Assembly: GCA_026770705.1 (NCBI GenBank)
Contig: JANJGN010001130.1
Span: 1 to 64,000 of the forward strand
DNA: 64,000 nt
Origin: Isurus oxyrinchus
Taxonomy: Eukaryota
Direction of reading: 5' to 3'
Position numbers and translations under genes: made by a program. The notes under the pieces are model-generated. The model searched no databases and was not told the origin of the DNA. It was given only the letters and a program-made list of their open reading frames with translations. This document shows positions 1 through 13,023 of the stretch, piece after piece; position 1 is the first letter of the stretch, and every line of letters starts with the position of its first letter.

Positions 1-1005
1 CCACCCACCACCACACCACCCCCACACCCCAACCCCACACCCACCCCCACCACCCTCCCCCACACCCAACCCACCCCCTCCCCCACACCCACACCCCACC
101 ACCACAGTCCCACACCCCCTACCACCCCCTACCCACTCCCCACCCCTACCCCCACCCACCCCCACCCCCACACCCACACCTCCCCCACCCACACCCCCAC
201 CTCCCTCCCCCACCCCGCACCACCCACCCTCCCCCAACCCACCCACCCCCCACACCCCCACCACCCCTCCCCCATCTCACCCCACCACCCACGACCCACA
301 CCCCCCACTCCCCACCCCCACCCCCACCACCCCCACCCCCACACCCCACCCCCTCCCCATCTCCACCCCCACCCCCACGCCACCCACCCACCCACCCCCA
401 CCCCCACCCCCACCACATCCCACACCCACCCCCACCCCCACATCCACCACCCCCACCCCACCACACCCCACCTCCCACCCCCACCCGCACACCCTCCCCC
501 TCCCCAACCCCACCCCCACCCACCACCCCACACCACCCCTCCCCAACCACCACCCCCACCCAACCACCCCACCCCAACCCCACACCCACCCCACCCACAT
601 CCCCACCTACCCACCCCACCCACCCACACACCCATCCCTCCCCAACTCCACCCCCACCCTCCACCCCCACCCCCACACACCCACACCCCCACCCCACCCC
701 CACCACCCACACCCACCAGCCCCCCACCCCCACCCCACCACATCCAGCACCCCCCACCCCAACCCACACCCCCACCTCCCACACCCGCAACACCCTCCCC
801 TCCCCACCCCAACCCCACCCCCACCACCACACCCAACACCCACCCCCACCCCCTCCCCCACTCCACTCCCAATCTCACTCCCACCCCCACCTCCTCCCCA
901 ACCCCCACCCCCACCACTCCTCCCAACCCCCACCCCCACCACCACCACCCCCACCCTCACCCCACCACCCACCACCATGACCAACCCACCCACACCCCCC
1001 GACCC
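1..1005. repeat. C/A-rich low-complexity tract (ccaccc/ccacac-like)
   Basis: Almost only C and A; the G/V/W-rich minus-strand ORFs are artefacts of it. Confidence 0.95.
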
Positions 1006-1463
1006 CTGGACCACACATCGGAATCTGGGACTGACATGTTTAGAGGTGGAGTTGGCGGAGCCGGGAATTCTGCGTCTCTGTGTCCCCCGACCCGGGAGTG
1101 AAAATCCGGCCTTAACTTCCACTTTCTAGTGTCTGAGACAAGAGGCAATGAGTGAGTGGGCTGACGGTCAGGATTAATGCTGTTAATCTGTGTTTGAGGG
1201 GCTGTGAATTCTCGGGGGACTAGTTACTCTCTGAGCTGCAGCTTCCAATTCCTTATTTGATGCCGTGCATGTGGGGTTGGAAGATTCTTTTTAAAACCAC
1301 AGGCAGTTCACAGAAACCCACAGGAAACCCACAGAGAGACAGTCACTGAGAAAGTCACTCACTCCTTGTGGTTTCAACCTTTTAACCACATCCTGTCTGT
1401 GTGGCTTAAATGTTAAACACACCCGGCCACACTCAGGGAAGTTTCACTCTGTGAAGCACTTGC

Positions 1464-1615
1464 NNNNNNNNNNNNNNNNNNNNNNNNNNNNNNNNNNNNN
1501 NNNNNNNNNNNNNNNNNNNNNNNNNNNNNNNNNNNNNNNNNNNNNNNNNNNNNNNNNNNNNNNNNNNNNNNNNNNNNNNNNNNNNNNNNNNNNNNNNNNN
1601 NNNNNNNNNNNNNNN
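1464..1615. other. Assembly gap (N run)
   Basis: Run of N, followed by a CA microsatellite. Confidence 1.
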
Positions 1616-1794
1616 ACACTCACACTTACACACACAGACATGCACACACACATACACAAACACACATACAAAACGCTCACACACTTACAGACACAAAGGA
1701 CACCCACATTCTCACACACACATTCACTCAAACACTCACTCACACACATGCACAATCACACAAAGACAATATCCCAATAACAGCAAACTATGAT

Positions 1795-2400
1795 TAAGAG
1801 CTTCCTACAACTTAACTAACAGACCAAAGACGTATTGTACTGTCTAAAAGTGACCTGTTTTTCAAAGAAATACGAGATTGTACACAGATCAAAAATGGCT
1901 GACACAAGTCATCTGATTGCTGTGACTGTGAAGTTGATCACTTCTCTGGAAAGGTTCAAATGAATTGCACTGCAGACCTGTTGCATGGAAGGTCACGCCT
2001 GGGGTGTGTCAGGGTTCACTTCAAACAGGGACACTCTTAAAAGGAAGGTATTAGATGCAAAGTGCTGGACTTTGATCAGCTGTCGTTCTATCAAAACAGT
2101 GGGAACTGCTCACCAAGCGGATAATCATCAGCCATTCAAAACCCCCTGTGGAGGATGCAATACCCCCCATCTCCTGTTGATTTATATTTTGAAATGCATC
2201 AAATGTTTTGAAGATGCAAAGATAAAAAATGGGAATACTTGGACTATAACAATGAATGTAAAACATGTTGATCGAATTCCCTTTCAGGAATATACAGACA
2301 GGAGATAACAAATGGTTCTGCCAAGCAGATATAAGAGAAAGGAGGAGGTAAAAGAAATATGACAGTCATCTAAAAACCCTGCTAGGAAAGAACAGAAATG
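1795..2400. repeat. Dispersed repeat (LTR-like), diverged copy of ~5481-6070
   Basis: Colinear similarity, e.g. gagcttcct..caacttaac, atcaaaaatggctg, aatgaattgcact, tccatctcctgttgatttata. Confidence 0.7.
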
Positions 2401-2477
2401 ATTTCTCCCTCTATCCCTGTCTCTCTCTCTCTCTCTCCCCCCCTTCTTTCTCTCTCTCTGTCTGAAGCCAACAGAGT

Positions 2478-3310
2478 GTCTTCAATGTGGTCTCCTCGAC
2501 ATTGGAGAGACCAAACGTAAACTGGGCGACCGCTTTGCAGAACACCTGCGGTCCTGTCCGCAAGAATGACCCAAACCTCCCTGTCGCTTGCCATTTTAAC
2601 ACTCCACCCTCGCTCTCTTGCCCACATGTCTGTCCTTGGCTTGCTGCATTGTTCCAGTGAAGCCCAACGCAAACTGGAGGAACAAACACCTCATCTTCCG
2701 ACTCAGGCACCTTACAGCCTTCCGGTCTGAATATTGAATTCAACAACTTTAGTCGTGAGCTCCCTCCCCCCATCCCCACCCCCCTTTCTGTTTCCCCCCT
2801 TTTTTCCTCTTTTTTTTCCCTATAAATTATATAGATTTTTCTTTTCCCCACCTATTTTCATTATTTTTAAATATTTTAAAATCTTTTTATGCTCCCCCCC
2901 ACCCCCACTAGAGCTGTACCTTGAGTGCCCTACCATCCATTCTTAATTAGCACATTCGTTTAGATAATATCACCAACTTTAACTTTAACACCTATGTGTT
3001 CTTTTGTACCATTGTCGCTGACATCTTTTGATGATCTGCTTCCATCACTGCTTGTTTGTCCCTACAACCACACCCCCCACTCCACCCCTCTCTCTCTCTC
3101 TATCTCTCCCGCCCCCCACACACACACCTTAAACCAGCTTATATTTCAACTCTTTCTTGGACTCGAAATCAAGTTCTGTCGAAGGGTCATGAGGACTCCG
3201 AAACGTCAACTCTTTTCTTCTCCGCCGATGCTGCCAGACCTGCTGAGTTTTTCCAGGTAATTCTGTTTTTGTTTTGGATTTCCAGCATCCGCAGTTTTTC
3301 TTTGTTTTTA
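2478..3310 (+). mobile_element. Penelope-like element 3' fragment (GIY-YIG endonuclease remnant plus terminal repeat)
   Basis: Frameshifted ...CGLLDIGETKRKLGDRFAEHLR...PVACHFN...KLEEQ; tail gatgctgccagacctgctgag; hammerhead-like motif at 3172-3211. Confidence 0.85.
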
Positions 3311-3477
3311 TCAGAGTGTCTTCAATAATGTGCAAGTCTGAGCCAGATGAAATACAGGATTCTACAGCAAACCAACTAATTTAAAACAGCTTCAAACTTC
3401 ACAAACTATGCTGCAGGATAAGCTAACAACTCTTTTAATTTTTTATTGGACTCCATAATTATTTTACCTCTGATATC

Positions 3478-3526
<49 letters not shown>

Positions 3527-3812
3527 CTTCCTGTGTGAGTGTGTGTGTGTGTCTATGACTGTCTGTGTGTGTGTGTCAGTGTGGTGTGTGTCTGTGCTTG
3601 TCTGTGTTTGTGTGCGTTTGTATGTGTATGCGTGTGCACCTGTGTGTCTGTGTGTGTGGGCCTGTGTGTGAGCGTGTGTATGTGTGCCTGTGTGTGAGTG
3701 TGTGTATGTGTGCCTGTGTGTGAGCGTGTGTATGTGTGCCTGTGTGTGAGTGTGTGTATGTGTGCCTGTGTGTGAGCGTGTGTATGTGTGCCTGTGTGTG
3801 AGCGTGTGTATG
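3478..3812. repeat. (GT)n-derived microsatellite/minisatellite
   Basis: Direct reading. Confidence 0.95.
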
Positions 3813-6382
3813 ACTTGTTATGGAAATTGCATTTGGGGGAAACTATATTTTAAACCCTTTTTGCAACCAACCATGGGGGTTGATTAGAAAGGAGCCAGTT
3901 CACTCCCCGTCACCCAGTTGTAACAACATTCACACACACATACACTCTCAAATACACACTCTCACACACACACACTCACACACACCCACATACCACACAC
4001 AAACACACACACACACACACACATTCACACACACACACCCACATACCCACACACAAACACACACAAACAAAGATAATGTCCCACTGACAGGAAACTGCGA
4101 CTGAGTGACAGCATGTCAGGAATATATAATAATCTCCATAATGTTCTCCGGAATTTATTGTAAAATAGAGTCCATGTGTCTGTGTCCACATGTGTCTGTG
4201 ATGTGTTTGTGTGAGACTTATTGGAATTAGAGGAAGCTGGTCTGGGTGTTTTGATGGGAGAAGAGAAGTTAGGTTTGAACTGTTTATTAGGTAAACATGG
4301 GGAAGTTTTAGAATGTGAAGTGTAAAGGGGGCAATTTGCATTTTAAGTTAAACCAAACGAGATTGTTTTTCAAAGAAGGAGAGAAATGTGTTACCGAGCA
4401 GGTGAAGATAAGAAACAGTGTGTTTTATTTTTGCCAAAGATTACTGGTAAAACTTAGGGCTATGAGAGATTTGTATTATTACAAAGATAAAGTCCAAAGA
4501 CATAGTGAAACAATGGGAATTTGCATTCAAAGGGGAAAATATGTATCAAGGAGTGAAGACTGTGTGTAAGGGTCGGTGTTTTTAAGATCTTACAATGATG
4601 AAAAGCCTTCAGCCTGCATGTACCAAGCTGCTGCCTCCAGGGACTGAAGTTAAGAGAATTCACTTTGAACTCAACTGTTCAGCGTATCGTTTACTGTTCC
4701 TGGGACATTTAAAATCTCTGTATTTTACTGTTGCCTTAACAGAGATAACAGAGCGTCTTCAACAAAATGCAAATCTGAATCAAATAACCACCAGGATGCC
4801 ACAGGTAACCAATTAACTTTGAACAGCTGCAAACTTCAGCAATCTACGCCTCAAAGACAAGCAAAGGTATTAATCATATATTCTTTCAAATTTTTGTCGG
4901 ACTCTAATTTTTTAATTCTGACGTGTGTAAATGGAAGTTAAATTAATTAAGGGATTTAGAAGTTATTATAGTAGTAATTTATAGACAGGTGTGTATGCTT
5001 AAAAATCATTTTTTCTTGTTAATCAATGTTTAATTTAGTTTTATAAAATCCTCTTACACTGAAAAAAAGGGTGAACTCTATTGTAAAGTGTTCTGGGACA
5101 TCCAGAGACCATGCTATACAGAAGAGATTTGACAGGAGCAGCAAGTGTTTTACTTACAGGAGAATGAGTCCCCAGGGTTGTAGAGTCAATCCTGTCAGAT
5201 GAATGACTAACTGGAGACACTTCAGGGAGCTGATCTAATTCTGGAAATGTTCAGTTTACCAGGATCGGAATAGAGATGATCTCCCTCTCCTGACTGTATC
5301 AGACAAGTGGTGAACCTGTTGAGGTGAACAGAATTACCTGTTAAACCTCTTAACCTCATTACTACTGAATTCAAAGCCCACATCTCAAATCATACAAGTT
5401 GGAAATTAGTTGTGACAGTTGTTTCAAGTTTCCCTCCAGGATTTGAACAGCTCAGCATTTACCATCTGTTATGTCATAACAGAGCTTCCTTCAACTTAAC
5501 CAACAAGCCAAAAATGTATTGAACTGTTTAAAGGAGACCTGTTTTTCAAAAGTACCAGATTAGGCTCTGATCAAAAATGGCTGTCACGAGTCACCTGATT
5601 GCTGATACTGCAAACGTGATCACTTCTCTGGAAAGCTTCAAATGAATTGCACTACAGACATGTTGCATGAAGGTTCTCACTGAGATGTGTCAGGGTCCAC
5701 TTGAAACTGGGACTCCCTTAAAAATGCAAAGTGCTGGGCTTTGATCACTGTAGGTCTATCAAGATAATGGGAACTGCTTACCATGCAGATATTCATCAAT
5801 CATTCAAAACCCCTTGTGGAGGATGAAATGTCTCCATCTCCTGTTGATTTATATCTTGAAATGCATCAAATGTTTCAGAGATGCAAAGATCAAAAAATGG
5901 GATTACTTGGCCTATAACAATGAATGCAAGACATGCTGATCGAATTTCCTTTGGGAATATACAGACAGGAGTTTAGCAACAGGTTCTGTCAAGCAGATAT
6001 AAGAGAAAGTAGGAGGAAAAGGAAAGATGGCAGTCACTCAAAAACACTGCTGGAAAAGAGCAGAAATTCTCTCTCTCTCTCTCTCTCTTTCTGAAGCTAA
6101 CAGAGCATCTTCAACAAGTCCAAATCTGAATCAAATCACCACCAGGATGCCACAGGAAACCAATCAACTTTGCAAACTTCAACAATCTACACCGCGAAGA
6201 CAAGCAAAGCTATCAATCATATATTCATTTAAATTTTTATTGGACTCTAACTTTTTATTTCTGACATGTGTGTGTGTGTGTGTGGCTGTCTCTCTGCCTG
6301 TCTGTGTGAGCATGAGTGTGTCTGCCTGCGCGAGCGTGTGTCAGTGTGAACATATGTGAGTGTGTGTGTGTGTCTGAGTGAG

Positions 6383-6554
6383 NNNNNNNNNNNNNNNNNN
6401 NNNNNNNNNNNNNNNNNNNNNNNNNNNNNNNNNNNNNNNNNNNNNNNNNNNNNNNNNNNNNNNNNNNNNNNNNNNNNNNNNNNNNNNNNNNNNNNNNNNN
6501 NNNNNNNNNNNNNNNNNNNNNNNNNNNNNNNNNNNNNNNNNNNNNNNNNNNNNN
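6383..6554. other. Assembly gap (N run)
   Basis: Run of N. Confidence 1.
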
Positions 6555-6764
6555 TATTGTTGCATCTTAATTATTAATGTTATTTAAAAATAGTGATCAC
6601 ACAAGCCTGGTTTCTAAGGAAATGAAACTGCCAACAATTTACAGTAAAGTGAAACGTACAGGAATAATCTATTTATTTTGAGCTGATGATATATAATTAT
6701 ACATGAGGCATGTTGTTAATTTCAAACTTCATCTGAAATATGGCAGGTCTGACAGAGCAGCTTT

Positions 6765-7045
6765 CCCTCAGCGCTCACTCTCCGACAGTGCAGCACTCCC
6801 TCAGCACTGACCCTCCGACAGTGCAGCACTCCCTCAGTACTGACCCTCTGACAGTGCAGCACTCCCTCAGTACTGACCCTCTGACAGTTCAGCACTGCCT
6901 CAGTACTGACCCTTTGATCGAGCAGGGTCTCCCTCAGTACTGACCTCCTGACAGTGCAGCACTCCCTCAGTACTCACCCTCTGACAGTGCAGCACTCCCT
7001 CAATATTGACCTTCCAACAGTGCAGCACTCCCTCAGCACTCCCTC
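6765..7045 (+). repeat. 33-bp minisatellite (acagtgcagcactccctcagtactgaccctc..)
   Basis: About 8 tandem units. Confidence 0.95.
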
Positions 7046-7114
7046 ACTGGGGAGAGTCCATCTGGTTTTGAGCTGAAACCTTGAGACGGTTTGAAAACCC
7101 CAACCTGCTGTCTT

Positions 7115-7625
7115 GGAGAGAGAGAGAGAGAGAGTGAGTGCGTGTGTGAGAAAGAGAGACAATGTGTGTGTGAGAGAGTGACAGTGCGTATGTGTGCGAG
7201 AGAGAAGGATAGAGAGAAAGAGAAAATGTGTGAGAGAGCAAAAGAGAGGTAGAGTGTGTGTGTGCATGAGAGAGAGAGGTAGCTGAATTGTGTGAGAGAG
7301 AGAGTGTGTGTGAGAGAAAGGGAATGTCTGTGTTAGAGAGAGAGCTTATGTGTGAGAGAGAAAGATAGAGAGAGAATCTGTGTGTGTTAGATAGTGTGTG
7401 TGTGAAAGAGAGAGTGTGTATGTGAGAGAGCGTGTGCATGAGAACGTGTGTGTGTGTGTTTGAGAGAGAGGGTGTATGTGTTTGAGAGAGGGAGTGTGCA
7501 AGAGAGGGTGTGCGTGTTTGAGAGGGAGTGTGTGTGTTTAAAAGAATGAACAAGAGAAAATGTGTGTATGTGTGTATGTGTGTGAGTGTGTGTGTGTGTT
7601 TGTGTGTGTGTGTGTATGTGTGTGC
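7115..7625. repeat. GA/GT microsatellite tract
   Basis: Direct reading. Confidence 0.95.
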
Positions 7626-8159
7626 ATTCTGACTGAGTTGAGTTCACAGTTTCACACGTTGCTAGGGACCACTTTTCCACCTCTCTGTCAGACTGTGTGT
7701 ATCTGACAGCAGGTCAGGCAGAAATAGTCCAGAATGCGCTGTGGTTTTGTAGCATTGAAACAACGACATGAACTAAATGAGTGCTGCACCAAATAAAGAC
7801 ATGGAGTGACCACACCAAGAAACCACGTGACTTCCCCAGTTTCACATCTCCCTCAAACACAGAAAAACTGGGTTAACACTGACCCTCCTCCCAGAGCCAG
7901 TTCACCTCGTGTCCGATGCAGTCAGGAGAGGAAGATCATCTCTCCTCCGATCCTGGTAAACTGAACATTTCCAGAATTAGATCAGCTCCCTGAAGTGTCT
8001 CCAGTTAGACATGCATCTGACAGGATTGACTCTACAACCCTGGGAACTCATTCTCCTGTAAGTAAAACACTTGCTGCTCCTGTCAAATCTCTTCTGTACA
8101 GCATGGTCTCTGGATGTCCCAGAACACTTTACAGTTGAGTTCACCCTTTTTTCGAAGTG

Positions 8160-8375
8160 TGGTTACTGTTGTAATGTAGGAAACGCAGCAGCCAATTAGC
8201 GCACAGCAATCTCCCACAAACAGCAATGTGATCATCTGTTTTTGGTGATGTTGGTTGAGGGATAAATATTGGTGCCAGGACACCGGGGAGAATTCCCCCT
8301 TGCTCTTCCTCCAAATAGTGGCTGTGGGATCTTTCACACCCGCCCGAGAGGGCAGACGGGGGACTCGGTTTAGTG
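8160..8375 (-). mobile_element. Shark SINE fragment (SacSINE/DeuSINE-like)
   Basis: tgttgtaatgtaggaaacgcagcagccaatt..gcacagcaa..cccacaaacagcaatgtgat motif; partial copies at ~34370-34520, 50220-50380, 54840-54940. Confidence 0.6.
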
Positions 8376-9539
8376 TCTAATATTGGACTAATCTCCAGGC
8401 GAGGTTGGCTGGATGGATTATTGACAAGGTCCATTCACCCTGTAAAGAGTTTCTCTGGTTTGAAATACCCGATCAAACATCGAGTTCTGTGTCTAAACCT
8501 TGTGTTGAAAAGACACCTTTCCAGCTCTTCACCTGCCATTAGATTGTTGAGTCTTCACACGCTCCGTCTGTCCGTGACCAACCCCTCTTAGCTCATCCTT
8601 TCCTTGTCGTACATCGAGCTGTTCATCCTGACGGGTTCCCTCCTTCCCAGTAACACTCCAACTCCGACATCAAAATAACTCCCAACACGTTGATGAATTG
8701 TATGGATTCCAGCGTCAGTTGGTTCTGTCTGAGGCTGTTTCTCTGATCGGGGACCGAGCTGTTCTGAACGGACATTGTGTTCAGCAGTTCTTATTGCAGA
8801 TCAGTCTGTTCAGCCAATGCTGCTGTTCACTGAGGTGACTCCGATTCTACATTCACACATTAATGATCTCATGTCCAGCAGCAAACATCTGAATGAAGCC
8901 AGGTTCAAGAAAAAACCCAGCTGCTTGATCCGACAGTTATCTGTTCAGGCATGGCCCCTTGTTCCAAATAACAAACATTATTTAAAAATAGTCATCACAT
9001 GAGCCTGGTTAACAAGGAAATGAAACCATGAACAATTTGCAGTGAAGTGAAACGTACAGGACAATCTATTTATATAGAGCTGATGATTTATTTTACATGA
9101 GACATGTTGCTAATTTCAAACATCATCCGAACTATGGCAGTTCTGACAGTGCAGCACTCCCTCAGTACTGACCCTTTGACAGTGCAGCACTCCCCCAGTA
9201 CTGACCCACTGACAGTGCAGCACTCCCTTGGGACTGAATCCAGAGATACAAGGAAGAGACTGAAGAGCTGACGATTCAGCTGAATTTAAAAACAGAGGCA
9301 GTTACAGAATCACAACAAGTTTACAGAGCAGAAGGAGGCCATTCAGCCCCTCGAGCCTGTTACACAGGAACTGGAGCGGCCATTCAGCCCCCTTGAGCCT
9401 GTTACACAGGAACAGGAGGAGGCCCATTCAGCCCCTCGAGACTGTTACACAGGAACAGGAAGAGGCAATTCAACCACATTCTTGACACCAAAGGGGTTAC
9501 CAGTTTGCTTACGGTGGAAGACAAAGAGTTGGTTTCTCA

Positions 9540-9692
9540 AATTCACACAAACCAACTCACATTTTGACTCACAGAGACACATTCACCCTTTCTAATTAAA
9601 CACACAGAGGGAGGAGCACAGGAAGAGGTCATTCAGCCCAAGCAGAGCGTGTGGGCAGTTCCTCCCCAGGCGAGCAGTCGGACAGGTCCTGA
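9540..9692 (+). promoter_or_regulatory. Gene A putative promoter and non-coding exon 1
   Basis: Block repeated six times in the window; ends at a conserved GTAAGT donor (9693); AP-1 site TGACTCA 9565-9571; no ATG. Role as exon 1 is inferred. Confidence 0.65.
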
Positions 9693-10125
9693 GTAAGTAA
9701 CGGAACGACTGGAATTCACTTCCACCACCAACACCGTCCTTTGTTGATGTTGTGACTTTATAAAGACAGATTCCAATGATTGATGCCTTTGAAAGATTTC
9801 TACTGTTTATTGAGATCTGGGTGTGAGGCTCAAGTCTGTTGTACAGAACATCTTTCTAGCTCAAGGGATGAGGAAAATGGGATGCCCTGAGCTGGTGAAA
9901 GGTGCTATAGAAATGCAAGCCCTTCATTGTTTTTCATTCTTAAAGCCTTTTAACTCTCTGCAGAACACCTATCATCCCACAGGAAATCAAATTAGTCTTT
10001 GAAGTCATTGTCTAAAAGGAGTTCTGATCTCTCGAGAGCTGTCGGACAAGAGGTGCGGTCTCATGAACTCCTTTCTCTTTCAGAGTTTGAGAGTGAGAAG
10101 TGGATGGAATATCTGGGAGTGGACA

Positions 10126-10165
10126 ATGATCAGGAAATCTTACTTCCTCCTGTCACTTCTCCAAG
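10126..10165 (+). CDS. Siglec-like gene A, signal-peptide exon (MIRKSYFLLSLLQ|V)
   Basis: Acceptor tttcag|10084, ATG 10126, phase-1 donor CAAG|gtaat; joins in frame to the V exon giving MIRKSYFLLSLLQVGLSQEW. Confidence 0.9.
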
Positions 10166-11339
10166 GTAATATCATCATCAGATTTAATGTTAATAGTCTC
10201 TGTCAAGGATCATTCTTATTGAGCTGTGATTGGGAACCGATTCAGCAGTGACCCTGTGCACAAACTCAGACCAAGTCCCATTCACCCATCACCCCTGTGC
10301 TCACTGATATACACTGACTCCCTGTCTGACAGCAGAATTGGAAGTGCTCAGAGATCTCAGAGAGTTGTAGGGACTGGAGGACGTTACAAAGTTCAGCAGA
10401 ATTGTAGCAGCGAGAGCAGGATCTTAAAATTCAGGTGCTGTCAGACGTTGGTCAGTGAGCGATGGGGAGTGATGGGTTGAGTAGAGAAGCAAAGATAAAA
10501 ACTGGGGGATGAAGACTATCCTGCTGCGAGGTCTCCGATAGCAATGGCCTGAAATTTGTGTCCTTTGCTGCCTTTATTCAAAATTTCCCATGAAGACAAC
10601 ACAGCAGCCCCTAGAATAGACAGGCTGTTCAATGTCACACTTCCTGTCCATTCTCACCTTGCTAGATACTTCAATAAGGGAGCAAGATAACTGAAAGAGA
10701 GAAGGAAGGTAAAGCTATCTGTGTGTAAAACTGTCAAATATTCTGAGTTATCATGATTGTCTCTGATCTGCTGCAGAGTTTAAATTTCACAGAATCTGAG
10801 CACTTTGCAGCTCAGAGAGAGACCATTGACTCACTGCCTGAAAGGCCGGTGGAAGCAGATTCAACAGGAACTTTCAGAAGGGGAACTGGATAAATACTTG
10901 AAGGGAAATTTGCAGGGATGTGCGAAAGGTGCTGGAGAGGAATTGGGAAAGAGCCAGCACATGCACGATGGGTCAAATGAGCTCCTCCTGTGTTGTATCA
11001 TTCAACAATCAGACAATTTAAGACCCTTGTCAGCAAAACTTCAGAATCCTGCTGAATCACAGATGTTTCAGAAGGACAGGGAACAAGAAGTTTCTGGTAT
11101 CAGCGTTTCATGTGGGGCCCAGTTCAGTTTGAACAAATAAACAACACCATCTTTGAAAGTCATGAACCCAACACAGCGGCACCTCCGACACATGCAGAGC
11201 TCAGGCTAGAGGCACTTTGTTAGTGTGTTTCACAGTGTCTGCTGGAGTAGGGTCAGTGCTGAGCTTGGGGACAAGTCAGTCTACAATGCTGCATCGGAAT
11301 CAACAATACAACAATATGGGGTTTAGATCAGAAATAATC

Positions 11340-11500
11340 CATTAGACAATGAGGATCCAAAGAGATTCCTTAGACAATGAGGATCCAAAGAGATTCCTTA
11401 GACAATGAGGATCCAAAGAGATTCCTCAGACAATGAGGATCCAAAGAGATTCCTTAGACAATGAGGGTCCAAAGTGATTCCTTAGACAATGAAGATACAA
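11340..11500 (+). repeat. 28-bp VNTR (cttagacaatgaggatccaaagagattc); also ~26925-27165 and ~63280-63340
   Basis: About 6, 9 and 2 units at the same intronic position in three gene copies. Confidence 0.9.
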
Positions 11501-11710
11501 AGTGCACCAATCAGATTGAACCAGATTAGCTAATCAGCTGTGTTGAAGAGCAAACAGGAATGTTAGGCTAATTAGTGATTCATGACGGTGATAATGGGGG
11601 GAGTTCTGAGGGCTCCTAATCCATTGTCCTGTCTTGTAAATCAGCACTGAATGGATCTCAATGGGTGGGTCTCGTAGACACTGTGTTGGGTGGAAGACTG
11701 GCTTCACTAA

Positions 11711-12002
11711 GGGGAAGCGGCAGTAGAGAGGCATTGTCACTGGGCTAGTATTCCAGAGGCCCAGGGTGATGCTCTGGGGCCCTGGGTGTAAATCCCATCA
11801 CAGCAGATGAATGGGATTAAAAAGCCTGGTTCACTGATCCCCTTCAGGGAAGGAAATCTCCACCCTTACCGAGTCTGGCCTACATGTCACTCCAAACCCA
11901 CAGCAATACAATTGATTCTTAAATGCCTCTGATGGACATGGGATGGGTAATAAATGCTGGGCACATCCCATGAACGGATAATTTGAAAAACACATGACTT
12001 GG
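11711..12002 (+). mobile_element. tRNA-type shark SINE with 35-bp target-site duplication
   Basis: Flanked by identical 11676-11710 and 12003-12037; similar SINE copy at ~29885-30195. Confidence 0.8.
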
Positions 12003-12254
12003 AGACACTGTGTTGGGTGGAAGACTGGCTTCACTAAACAGGGTCCTGAGGACCATGAGCCAATGTAGAATGAACTTGTCCACTCCTGTGTCCAGGATTC
12101 TCTTCCATCCATTGTGAAACCTTGGGGAGATCCCTGTGTGTCCTGTAGATGGTCCACACTGCAGCCACTGTGCCCCAGTGATGGACGGGGTGGATATCAA
12201 GTCTAGTGGATCTACAAACCATCCAGAGTTAAATATTGATATTTCTCTCCCCAG

Positions 12255-12623
12255 TTGGACTGTCACAAGAGTGGAAAGGTGACACTCCACGAGAGGTGAC
12301 AGCGCAGGAAAATTCGTGTGTACAGATTCCATGTCATTACAGTTATCCATCACATTTGGAAAGCCAACCACGAGTCGGAGTCTGGTTTAATAATGAGAAT
12401 CAGATGCCTGGATCTCCCATTGCCTTTCACTCCAAGGATCACAGTCACGAGTTACCACGGTTCCACCATCGGACCCGGCTGTCTGGAGACCTGAAAGATG
12501 GCGACTGTTCCCTGATTATAAACAACATCAGACGGGAAGATGCAGGACCTTATTTTTTCAGGATAGAATTTGACAGCAGTAATAGTTACAACTACTATCC
12601 TGTAACCCAGCTTCACGTTTCTG
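12255..12623 (+). CDS. Gene A Siglec V-set Ig domain exon
   Basis: ccag|..|gtaagt, 369 nt, phase 1-1; SCVQIPC, GDCSL, DAGPYFFRIE with the essential Arg codon at 12560-12562. Confidence 0.95.
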
Positions 12624-13023
12624 GTAAGTGCTGTGTTATAATTACTCAACAATTCACTTTCAACATTCAATGGGAATTAACACAAACTGTGACGTTTACA
12701 TATTAACACAAAACACAGCTTATTATAACACACTGTCTGATTCTCAATAACCTGCTGATAGCTTCCAGTTCAGTCCTAAAGCAACCTCTAATACTCACTT
12801 TAATATCAATGATTAAATGTATTGACTGTGTCCATCAAAGTTATCAGGTTATCCACTCTCATCGATCTCTCTAATCCTGTTTAAAATAATTTCCTGATCA
12901 TTGTAATCTCTCAGTTCTGATATCATCCTTGCAAAGGTGCTTTCTCTTGTGGGACTGTGATTTCTATTTGAACTGATGCTTCACGTTATATTTCTCTAAA
13001 AGGATCCATTCTCCGTCTGTTAG

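Noticed and set aside
129-1148. Gly/Trp/Val-rich minus-strand ORFs
   Set aside because: Low-complexity C/A tract
7895-8776. Possible decayed protein-kinase pseudogene on the minus strand (..LTLESIQFINVLG..MYDKE..)
   Set aside because: Needs frameshifts and several stops, and has no recognisable HRD/DFG motif; a tblastn/HMM search would be needed
10805-11140. Recurrent ORF MQLRERPLTHCLKGRWKQ (also at 28982, 41269, 62692)
   Set aside because: CR1-tail-derived intronic sequence carried along in the gene duplications
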